Shown here in pieces: positions 27,785 through 36,192 of a DNA stretch of 64,000 bases (position 1 is its first letter; each line of letters starts with the position of its first letter). The position numbers were made by a program, and so were the translations under genes. Source of the DNA: Planctomycetota bacterium (GTDB taxonomy: Bacteria; Planctomycetota; Planctomycetia; Planctomycetales; Planctomycetaceae); assembly GCA_027624335.1 (NCBI GenBank), contig JAQBWV010000002.1, positions 18,541-82,540 of the forward strand. The letters are read 5' to 3'. Below the pieces are notes generated by a model. The model saw only the letters and a list, made by a program, of their open reading frames with translations, did not search any database and had not been told where the DNA came from.

Positions 27785-30700
27785 ATGCACTACTGTCCCG
27801 AATCCTGCCGCGAGTTTCTTCAAGAAACTCCGATTGGTGGCTCTGCAGCCGATGCCGGACGCGGATTTCACTATCGTTCCGCGCCGATCTACCTGCTGAC
27901 CGTCGCTGTTGGTGTCCTGTTTGCAGTCGATCTTGGTATCGGCTTTATGGAAGACACCGGCGTTTCGACGTGGAGCGCGTATCGCTCCATAGGCGGCTTC
28001 CGACTGGCTCTGCTGGCAGCGGTGCTCGGTGGTGCGAGGATCCTGTACCAGACGCTCGAGAATCTTTTTGACGGCAAAGTTGGAGCCGACCTCGCGCTCA
28101 CGATCGCGTGCCTGGCGGCGATCGTTCTCGGCGAACATTCGACTGCGGCGCTCGTTGTGTTTATTGCGCTGTGCGGTGAGAGCATCGAGGGCTACACCGT
28201 CGACCGCGCGCAACGAGCGATTCGTGGAGTATTCAATCTGTGTCCACCGACGGCTCGCGTCGTTTCAGGCGGTCGCGAAGAAGAAGTGGCCGCTGCGGAT
28301 GTCGCTGTCGGCCAGACGGTACTTGTTCGACCGGGTGAACGAATCCCGGTTGACGGAGTGGTACGGGACGGAGCTTCGACGGTTGATCAAAGCGCGCTGA
28401 CTGGCGAAAGCCTGCCCGTTGAAAAAGTCGTCGGTGACGAAGCATTCGCCGGAACGCTGAACCAGTTCGGTGCTCTGGAAATTGAAGCGACCCGGATTGC
28501 ATCAGACTCCACGGCTTCCCGGGTCGTTCAACTTGTCGCCGAAGCGACCGAGCGGAAGGCACCTCTGGAGCGCGCTGCGGATCGTTATGCGCGAATGTTC
28601 CTGCCGGTTGTCCTGGGGATCGCGACTCTCACGTTGATTGGCTGGCGGATTTCCACGGGTGAGTGGCGTCCCGGCTTTCTGCCTGCGCTAAGCGTGTTAG
28701 TCGTCGCCTGTCCGTGTCCTCTGATCCTGGCGACGCCGAGCGCCGTGATGGCAGCAATGGCCTGGCTCGCTCGTTCGGGAGTCGTCGTCAAAGGTTCCAT
28801 CGCGCTCGAAAGACTGGCTTCTGTTGACACGATCGCGTTCGACAAGACGGGAACGCTGACGCGCGGCGAGCTTCAAACCGGGACAGTCGTTTCGCTTTTG
28901 GATGACCTCGACGAGACCGAACTGTTGAGAACTGCGGCGATTGCCGAACGTCGCAGTGAGCACCCGATCGCTCGACTGGTCTGTCGTGAAGCTGCTGCAC
29001 GCGAGTGTGTTGTTCCGGGCGTGTACGATTTTGAAATACATCCGGGTTCTGGCGTGACGGCACAGGTCGCACGTGCCGACCTCGGAAGCTGGGCTGCCCA
29101 GTGCGACTCGCGTTCTGAAGGGCGATTGCGACTGACGGTCGGAAACCAGCGCTTGATCGAGAAGGTCGGGATTCCGGTTTCCGATGAGTTGACCGAGTTG
29201 CTGATCGATCTGGATTCACAGGGCGAGTCGTCTCTGATCATTGCCGTCGGCGAACGAGTGATTGGCGTGATCGGAGTCTGCGACAGCGTTCGCGATTCGG
29301 CACGCGACGTTATGCAGCAGCTGCGCCGTTGTGGAATTACCTCGTTCGCCATGTTGACAGGAGATCGTGAAGCGGCCGCACGGGAGTTGCAGAAGTCACT
29401 GCCGGAATTTGATTCAATCAAAGCCGGGTTGTTGCCGGTCGATAAGGCGGAGTGGATTCAGAACGCCACTTCTGCAGGCCGCAATGTGGCGATGGTCGGA
29501 GATGGAGTGAACGACGGTCCGGCACTGGCGACAGCGACCGTCGGGATTGCTCTCGGAGGAGTCGGCAGCGGAATCGCAGCGGACGCCGGAGATCTGATTC
29601 TAATGGGCGATCCGCTCAATCCGTTGCCCGGTCTGTTGCGGCTTTCTCGAAGACTGGTCCAGACGGTCCGGCAGAGCATCTACCTCTTTGCATTCGGCAT
29701 GAACGGTTGCGGCATGGTCCTCGGTGCGACGGGTGTGCTGTCGCCAGCAGCCGCTGCTGTGTTTCACGAGGCCGCGTCGCTGGCAGTCATGTTGAACGCG
29801 CTGCGGTTGCTATGGTTTGAACGCTGGGAGGAAACACCGCTGGGGCGGATGTCACAGTCGTTGACGGGAGTGGTAGAGTGGATTGTTGAGCTGCTCTCGC
29901 CGAGCCGCCTTGTTTTTCAGCTGATTGAAAATGCCAGCATGCTTGTCCGGCTCGGCTGTGCAGTTGCGGCGCTGCTGTGGTTTGCTTCCGGGTTGCGGCT
30001 CGTCGAAGAAGATCAGCAGGCTGTTGTGACGCGTTTTGGAAAGTTCGAGACGACGATGAGTTCGGGTCTGCACTGGCGCTGGCCGGCTCCCTTTGAAAGG
30101 GTACGCGTCGAACGTGTCGGCCAAATGCGAGTCGTGCAGATTGGTTTTCGCTCGACGGGTCACTCTCAGGATGAAGATACTTCCGAGCTGATCGAATGGA
30201 CCAGCGATCACGCCGGGCAGGAGAACGAAGTTCTGGCTGCCGAAACCATGACACTGACTGGCGACGAAGTTCCCGTTGAGCTGACGGCGGAAGTCGCCTA
30301 CCGGATTCGTGACCTGCAGATGTTTGTGTTTTCGTGCAGCGATCCGGAGTCGGTGATCCGATCGGTTGCGGAAAGCGCGATTCGCAAGGTCGTCGCGAGT
30401 GTCTCGCTGGACACCGTCATGACGGAATCAAGACCGACGGTTGAACAACGCGTGCTGGCTGATGTTGTTGGTGCTCTGGAACGTTATGGCCTTGGGGTCG
30501 AGGTTTCGGGGGTCAGCCTGCTGGACGTTCACCCTCCGCGGCCGGTGGTTACTTCGTATCGTCAGGTGGCGGACGCGATCGAACTTCACGAACAGCTCGT
30601 CAACGAGGCTGAGGCCTATTATGCGCAGACCGTGCTCAGTGCCGCTGGCGAGAAAGCGATTCGAAGGTTGAGCAGCTCTGTCGAATTTGAAGGACGTGCC

Positions 30701-31108
30701 CGTGAGTCGACGACGGGCGAGATGGCAGACTGGAGTCTGACCGATGAACTCTGGGCGGAGATCATTCACGAGAGTGATAAACAGCCGATGGAATTGTCCG
30801 GCGAGGCTGCGGCGAGAATTCACCGTGCTCAGGAGCAGCGAACCAGACGCGTCACAGCAGCGGTGGCATCCGTGGCCCGCTTCAACAGTCTGGTAACTCA
30901 GCACGTCAGATATCCGTTCCTCACCAGCACGACACTCTATTTCCAGGCGGTGTCTGATGCGTTGTCCGGTCGTTCGTTAACAATCATCGATCCGGCAGTA
31001 ACCGGAACACAGCGTCTACTTCTGATCGATCCCAACGACTTCGCGGCTCCGGCTTTTCTTCAGCCAATAATGACTTCCGATGAAGCTGCTGAAGAACCGC
31101 CTCCTTGA
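27785..31108 (+). CDS. P1B-type heavy-metal-translocating ATPase fused in frame to a C-terminal TM segment and an HflK-like SPFH (band 7) domain
   Basis: 1107 aa with no stop. ATPase motifs: TGES (aa 205-208), CPC (309-311), DKTGT (353-357), SEHP (391-394), [10 protein letters not shown] (572-581). The module ends ..LNALRLL at about aa 677. A hydrophobic segment follows at about aa 720-737. The SPFH block is [35 protein letters not shown]..., continuing through [12 protein letters not shown] and a coiled-coil tail. Confidence 0.85.
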   Translation: MHYCPESCREFLQETPIGGSAADAGRGFHYRSAPIYLLTVAVGVLFAVDLGIGFMEDTGVSTWSAYRSIGGFRLALLAAVLGGARILYQTLENLFDGKVGADLALTIACLAAIVLGEHSTAALVVFIALCGESIEGYTVDRAQRAIRGVFNLCPPTARVVSGGREEEVAAADVAVGQTVLVRPGERIPVDGVVRDGASTVDQSALTGESLPVEKVVGDEAFAGTLNQFGALEIEATRIASDSTASRVVQLVAEATERKAPLERAADRYARMFLPVVLGIATLTLIGWRISTGEWRPGFLPALSVLVVACPCPLILATPSAVMAAMAWLARSGVVVKGSIALERLASVDTIAFDKTGTLTRGELQTGTVVSLLDDLDETELLRTAAIAERRSEHPIARLVCREAAARECVVPGVYDFEIHPGSGVTAQVARADLGSWAAQCDSRSEGRLRLTVGNQRLIEKVGIPVSDELTELLIDLDSQGESSLIIAVGERVIGVIGVCDSVRDSARDVMQQLRRCGITSFAMLTGDREAAARELQKSLPEFDSIKAGLLPVDKAEWIQNATSAGRNVAMVGDGVNDGPALATATVGIALGGVGSGIAADAGDLILMGDPLNPLPGLLRLSRRLVQTVRQSIYLFAFGMNGCGMVLGATGVLSPAAAAVFHEAASLAVMLNALRLLWFERWEETPLGRMSQSLTGVVEWIVELLSPSRLVFQLIENASMLVRLGCAVAALLWFASGLRLVEEDQQAVVTRFGKFETTMSSGLHWRWPAPFERVRVERVGQMRVVQIGFRSTGHSQDEDTSELIEWTSDHAGQENEVLAAETMTLTGDEVPVELTAEVAYRIRDLQMFVFSCSDPESVIRSVAESAIRKVVASVSLDTVMTESRPTVEQRVLADVVGALERYGLGVEVSGVSLLDVHPPRPVVTSYRQVADAIELHEQLVNEAEAYYAQTVLSAAGEKAIRRLSSSVEFEGRARESTTGEMADWSLTDELWAEIIHESDKQPMELSGEAAARIHRAQEQRTRRVTAAVASVARFNSLVTQHVRYPFLTSTTLYFQAVSDALSGRSLTIIDPAVTGTQRLLLIDPNDFAAPAFLQPIMTSDEAAEEPPP

Positions 31109-31194
31109 GCTGAGTGGGCACCGCCCACCACGCGTGCTGTGATCTGGTGAGCATTGCCCACCCCGCATCAGTTGTCTGAAAACCCGGTCAATCC

Positions 31195-32394
31195 ATGAGT
31201 AACTCTGAAACGCCAAATCCTGATTCGGCTTCCCGGCCTGTGCCGCGGGCGGTTCTGCGGGTCGTGGCGGCAATCGCGGGAATCGGTCTCGCCGCCTGGC
31301 TGTCGACGTGCCTGGTGTTTGTCGATGAAACCGAAGTCGTTCTAATCGAGCGACTCGGGACCGTCGTCGCCGTGTTGGACCATGCGGATGACCGGGGGCT
31401 CAATGTCAAGCTGCCATGGCCGATCGGCATGGCGCGTCGATTCGATCGTCGGACACACCTCTTTGATCCACTGGGGCGAGAAGCCTTCACGCGGGATCGT
31501 AAGAACGTCACCGTCGATGCGTATGTTTGCTGGAAGATTGCCGACCCACAGGCGAATACAGGGCTTCTCGATCGTCCTGCAGTGCGATTTTTTCGGTCAC
31601 TGGGCACGACAGAAACGGCTCAGGCCCGACTGGAGACGCGCGTCCGCTCCGCGTTGGCGACCCGCATCGCGATGGTCGAACTTGGTGAGTTGTTGAGCGT
31701 TTCGGATCCGGAAAGTCAGCCGGTTGAATCGACGGAGATGTCGATGGACTCAATCTCGCGTCAGCTGCTGGACGATGTTCGCCGCCGGCCTGATGAGGAA
31801 TCGTCCGTGCTCGACCGCCTTGGGGTCGATATCGTTGACGTTCGTATCAAACGGATCAATTTTCCGCGAGGAAACCAACAGGCAGTCTTCGAGCGTATGA
31901 AAAGCGAACGGCAAAAAATCGCCGGTCGATATCGCAGTGCAGGACTTGCACAGAACGCCGTGATCCGCAGCCAGGCGGATCGACAGTACAGTGAGATCAT
32001 CTCCAGAGCCGAGGCCGAAGCTGAGCGAATTCGAGGGACGGCAGAGGCAGAGGCATTGGCCGTTCTGAACGAGGCCCACGCACGCGATCCCGAGTTCTAC
32101 CGCACTCTCCGCACGCTGGATTCGTACAAAACAATCATCAACGAGAAGACGACGCTGGTCCTTTCAGCGTCGAGCAGTCTGCTCAAACTGCTGGTTGAAG
32201 GAGTTCCGGACGCCGCGACGGTGCAGACGCCTGGTTCGATAAATAGCGGTGAAGATCCCGATCGCGCCGCCGAGACAGCGAAGGCAGACACTGGTCCTGG
32301 TAACGCCTCAGGCGAGACATCACCGGGAAGCGACACGCCAGCGTCGGATGACCCGCCTGCTGATCAGCCTTCAACGCCGGAGGCCATTGAATGA
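31195..32394 (+). CDS. SPFH/band-7 protein, HflC-like
   Basis: 399 aa with an N-terminal TM segment. VFVDETEVVLIERLG...GLNVKLPWPIGMARRFDRR, VDAYVCWKIADP, and the C-terminal DPEFYRTLRTLDSYKTII..TTLVLS are typical of HflC. Confidence 0.8.
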   Translation: MSNSETPNPDSASRPVPRAVLRVVAAIAGIGLAAWLSTCLVFVDETEVVLIERLGTVVAVLDHADDRGLNVKLPWPIGMARRFDRRTHLFDPLGREAFTRDRKNVTVDAYVCWKIADPQANTGLLDRPAVRFFRSLGTTETAQARLETRVRSALATRIAMVELGELLSVSDPESQPVESTEMSMDSISRQLLDDVRRRPDEESSVLDRLGVDIVDVRIKRINFPRGNQQAVFERMKSERQKIAGRYRSAGLAQNAVIRSQADRQYSEIISRAEAEAERIRGTAEAEALAVLNEAHARDPEFYRTLRTLDSYKTIINEKTTLVLSASSSLLKLLVEGVPDAATVQTPGSINSGEDPDRAAETAKADTGPGNASGETSPGSDTPASDDPPADQPSTPEAIE

Positions 32395-33497
32395 GCGGTT
32401 TTACCGACGCGCCGAAACCTCTGGACGACACTGTCCAGCGCCGCGAGGCGACCTCTGGCGGGACGTCGCCGTTCGATCCTGCCGCGCCGCAGCCGTCTCG
32501 CTGGCTGGTTCCGTGTGGCCTGGCTGTGGCCATCGCGATTGCCTGGGCGTGTTCGGGAATCTTCGTCGTCGGTGCCGATGAGGCAGCCGTCGTGCAAGTC
32601 TTTGGTCGAGCGGAAAGGACCGTTGATGGAGTGATCCTGCTGCGTAACAGTGGCTTGTACTTTCACCTGCCGTGGCCGATGACGCGGGTCGAACGTGTTC
32701 GTATGAACGAGGTGAGAACGGTCACTGTCGGAAGTTCAGAATTGGAGAATCTCGATGCAGCAGGGCAGTTTTTGCAGGCGATTGACCCGTCTCAGCAATC
32801 TCAGTTGCTCAGCGGCGACAAGAACATTCTGCATGTGCAGTTGAACGTGAGCTATCGGATTGCCAACGACCGGATAGACGACTGGCTGTTCGGATCGACG
32901 GTCGGTGAGCAGCAGTTGCAGTTGCTGGCGAGTTCGGTGCTGGCTGACGTTGTGCTGCGTAGCGGCGTCGACTTCGTTCATACGCTCGGGCATAACGAAA
33001 TTCGTCAGGCCGTGCTTGAGCGACTGGAAGAACTCGTCGAACAGAACTCGCTGGGTGTCGAAGTTGAGGACGTCACTCTCGCCAGTGTCGCGCCGCCTGT
33101 TCGAGTGAAGGCCGATTTCGTAGACGTTATGAACGCTCGCGCGGATCGCGAAACTTACGTCAATCGCGCGCGAGCTTACGAATCGCAACGTCTGTCAGAC
33201 GCGCAGGCCGAGTCTGCGAGACTGAAGAACGAAGCTCGATCGTACGCGCGTCGAAAAGTTGACCTGGGACGAGCAGAAGCCGAGAGCTTCAATCTCCTGA
33301 TCGATCAGCTGGTCGAGGCGTCGTCAAGTAGTTCGACATCCTACGCTGAGGTGAGGCAACTCGCTCTGCGGCGTCAGTTTATCGACACGCTGGAAGACGT
33401 CTTTCGCAAAGTCGATGCAAAAGTGCTGCTGGATTCCGGACAGCAGGTCGATATCACTTTGCATCGAAACCCGAACGGCCAGAATCCGGGCAGGTGA
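32391..33497 (+). CDS. SPFH/band-7 protein, HflK-like
   Basis: 368 aa. The ATG overlaps the upstream stop (ATGA at 32391..32394). It has a TM segment, then VVGADEAAVVQVFGR...GLYFHLPWPMTRVERV, VEDVTLASVAPP and a coiled-coil tail. Confidence 0.8.
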   Translation: MSGFTDAPKPLDDTVQRREATSGGTSPFDPAAPQPSRWLVPCGLAVAIAIAWACSGIFVVGADEAAVVQVFGRAERTVDGVILLRNSGLYFHLPWPMTRVERVRMNEVRTVTVGSSELENLDAAGQFLQAIDPSQQSQLLSGDKNILHVQLNVSYRIANDRIDDWLFGSTVGEQQLQLLASSVLADVVLRSGVDFVHTLGHNEIRQAVLERLEELVEQNSLGVEVEDVTLASVAPPVRVKADFVDVMNARADRETYVNRARAYESQRLSDAQAESARLKNEARSYARRKVDLGRAEAESFNLLIDQLVEASSSSSTSYAEVRQLALRRQFIDTLEDVFRKVDAKVLLDSGQQVDITLHRNPNGQNPGR

Positions 33498-33592
33498 AAG
33501 TTGATTCCGTTGTGGGCGAAGTCGGCATGCTTCGTTAAGCTGACGTCGCCGATTTTCGGACACCGTTAAGTGAATACCTGAAGGACGCTTCC

Positions 33593-34951
33593 ATGCTGAC
33601 TATTCAAGGATCCGGACTTGAGTTATGCGATGGCGTTTCGCGGCGATCGTTTCTGAAGATCGGCGGGCTGGCGATGGGGGGGCTGAGCCTGCCGCAACTA
33701 CTGCAGGCCGAAGCAAACAACGGTAAGGGTTCGTCGCACAAGTCCGTAATCATGGTCTTTCTGGCTGGCGGACCACCTCATCAGGACATGGTCGATCTGA
33801 AGCCGGAAGCGCCTGTTGAGTACCGCGGCGAATTTTCTCCGATCCGATCAAACGTGCCAGGGATCGACGTTTGCGAGCACATGCCGCTGCTGTCGCAACG
33901 AATGGACAAGCTGGCCGTCGTGCGAACGCTGGTCGGTTCGGAGGGCAGACACTCGGCGTATCAGTGTCTGCACGCTCATCCGACGCTGAACCAGCCACCC
34001 GGTGGCTGGCCGTGTTTCGGGTCTGCGATTTCGAAGCTCTCCGGGCCTGTTAACAACGAGATTCCCGCAGCCGTCAGTCTGCAACCAAAGATTGGAGGAC
34101 TCGCCTGGTCAGATCCGGGGCAGCCGGGGTTTGCCGGGATGAGTCATGCTCCCTTCGCTCCCAATGCTTCCGGCACGAAGGATCTGGTTCTGGACGGCAT
34201 GAATCTGAAGATGCTGCGTGACCGGCAAACACTGCTGTCCCGGATTGACGTCCTTCGTAAACGACTGGAAAAGTCGGACGCCATTGGTGGCATGGATACG
34301 TACTACCGTCAGGCGTTTGACATTCTGATGTCCGGACGACTGGCCGACGCGCTCGATGTTGAGAAAGAGGATGCGGTCACTCGTGAACGCTACGGTCGCG
34401 GGGCGAAGGATCCTGCCGGCTACGGTGATGCCGGCTGGCTTCGCAATGAGGACATGCTGGTGGCTCGTCGGCTGGTCGAGGCGGGCGCGCGAGTTGTCAC
34501 GCTTTCGTTCGGTCGGTGGGACTGGCATGGTCAGCCTCACGGAACGAATTTCGACAACGCCCGCGATCACATTCCGGCGCTGGATCAGGCACTGTCAGCG
34601 TTGCTTGACGACCTGCACGAACGCGGCCTGGAGCAGGACGTTTCGGTTGTTGTGTGGGGCGAGTTCGGTCGCACGCCACTGATCAACAAGAAGGGCGGTC
34701 GCGATCACTGGCCTCAAGTGGGATGTGCCCTGCTGGCAGGAGGCGGTATGCGAACGGGTCAGATTATCGGAGCCACCAGTGCCCGGGCCGAGCGTCCGAT
34801 CGAACGCCCCGTCCATTTTCAGGAAGTGTTTGCGACGCTCTATCACTGTCTTGGACTGGACGTTGATCACACGACGATCAACGACCTCACCGGTCGTCCG
34901 CAATACCTGGTTGACCATTCCAAATATCAACCGTTGCCGGAGGTCGTGTGA
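33593..34951 (+). CDS. DUF1501 domain protein, Tat-exported
   Basis: 452 aa. SRRSFLKIGGLAMGG, VFLAGGPPHQDMVDLKP and WGEFGRTPLINKKGGRDHWP. Confidence 0.9.
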   Translation: MLTIQGSGLELCDGVSRRSFLKIGGLAMGGLSLPQLLQAEANNGKGSSHKSVIMVFLAGGPPHQDMVDLKPEAPVEYRGEFSPIRSNVPGIDVCEHMPLLSQRMDKLAVVRTLVGSEGRHSAYQCLHAHPTLNQPPGGWPCFGSAISKLSGPVNNEIPAAVSLQPKIGGLAWSDPGQPGFAGMSHAPFAPNASGTKDLVLDGMNLKMLRDRQTLLSRIDVLRKRLEKSDAIGGMDTYYRQAFDILMSGRLADALDVEKEDAVTRERYGRGAKDPAGYGDAGWLRNEDMLVARRLVEAGARVVTLSFGRWDWHGQPHGTNFDNARDHIPALDQALSALLDDLHERGLEQDVSVVVWGEFGRTPLINKKGGRDHWPQVGCALLAGGGMRTGQIIGATSARAERPIERPVHFQEVFATLYHCLGLDVDHTTINDLTGRPQYLVDHSKYQPLPEVV

Positions 34952-35829
34952 CCTACGAATCTGTACTCACCGTCCGGCATAACAACGCGGTGTATTCAGT
35001 CGCGTTTTCCGATGATGGAAACACGCTGGCCACAGGCAGTCTGGACAAGTCGATCAAACTCTGGGATTTGCCGTCGGGAAACGAACGCGCTCGATTGCAG
35101 GGGCACGGAGAAGCCGTCTGCTCGCTTGTCTTTCTTGACGCCGGGAAGACGCTGCTGTCGGCAAGTCTCGACAAAACGCTACGAACCTGGGATCTCGAAA
35201 CGGGCAAGCTCAAGACGACGATGCCCGGCCATCAGGCCTACCTGACGTGCATGGCCGTTTCGCCCGATGCCTCGCGAGCGGTGTCAGGGGCTCACGACAA
35301 GGATGTGATTCTGTGGGATGTTGCTGCCGGCCGCTCGCTGGCGACGCTCAAGGGACACACTGATCTGGTGACTTGCGTCGCGTATTCGCCGGACGGTGGC
35401 TTTGTTGTTTCCGGCGGTTACGACATGCTGATTCGCGTCTGGGATGTGACGTCGCAGCAGCAGATTCGGGAAATTGGTCCGCACCCGAAGCCGCTGCAGA
35501 GCCTGGCATTTTCTCCTGACGGCAGGACGCTCGCTGCGAGCGAGGAATCCGCTGTCGTCCGACTCTGGAATTTCGAATCAGGCCAGCTGGACCGTACCTT
35601 TGAAAATCACACGGCCTCGGTGAAGACGCTGGAGTACTCACCGAACGGAAGCCAACTGGCTTCCGGCGGCAGCGACTCTCTGGTGCTGATCCAGCATGCG
35701 ACGACAGGCCAGGTCACGCACACCCTGCAAGGTCATCGTAACACCATCTACGACCTGGCCTGGTCAGTGGATGGCAAGCAGCTCGCCTCAGCCGCTTTCG
35801 ACCGCACCGCGCAAGTCTGGAATTTGTAG
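34948..35829 (+). CDS. WD40-repeat protein (7-bladed propeller)
   Basis: 293 aa. The GTG start overlaps the DUF1501 stop (GTGA). It carries seven repeats of the H...V.S.AFSPDG..LASGS.D..I.LWD type. Confidence 0.85.
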   Translation: MTYESVLTVRHNNAVYSVAFSDDGNTLATGSLDKSIKLWDLPSGNERARLQGHGEAVCSLVFLDAGKTLLSASLDKTLRTWDLETGKLKTTMPGHQAYLTCMAVSPDASRAVSGAHDKDVILWDVAAGRSLATLKGHTDLVTCVAYSPDGGFVVSGGYDMLIRVWDVTSQQQIREIGPHPKPLQSLAFSPDGRTLAASEESAVVRLWNFESGQLDRTFENHTASVKTLEYSPNGSQLASGGSDSLVLIQHATTGQVTHTLQGHRNTIYDLAWSVDGKQLASAAFDRTAQVWNL

Positions 35830-35903
35830 GCGCAGTTCTGGCGGCTGAGCATCGAGTCATCACGAAGCGGAATCCTTTTCAGATGTCACAGGTCAATTAG
35901 CCC

Positions 35904-36143
35904 ATGGGCATTCTGCTGGAGATTGCAGTGGTGATGTGCGGGCTCTTTGTGTGGGGCCTGTATGACTACAAGCGAGCGCCGCGGAAACTCTCCGCTGAAC
36001 AGAGGAAGAAGTTGAAATCGATCGCAAAAGCGTGGAGCGTCACGCCAGACCATCTTCAGAACAAAGTAATCCCACAGGTGACCATGGTCGCGTCAGGCCT
36101 CGTCGGCTCCATCTGTGCAATTCTCTGGACTGCTCTGCGTTGA
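35904..36143 (+). CDS. Small hypothetical two-TM protein
   Basis: 79-aa ORF with hydrophobic N- and C-terminal segments and a basic loop. No family recognised. Confidence 0.35.
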   Translation: MGILLEIAVVMCGLFVWGLYDYKRAPRKLSAEQRKKLKSIAKAWSVTPDHLQNKVIPQVTMVASGLVGSICAILWTALR

Positions 36144-36192
36144 ACCAGCGGTAGCCGTGTCCCGGTTCGTACGGATTTCCGTTTAGGCAATT

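Noticed and set aside
27671-28213. 180-aa minus-strand ORF, and other antisense ORFs through 31607, overlapping the ATPase-SPFH gene.
   Set aside because: They are antisense to a gene with complete P-type ATPase and SPFH motif sets, and their composition is typical of GC-rich shadow frames.
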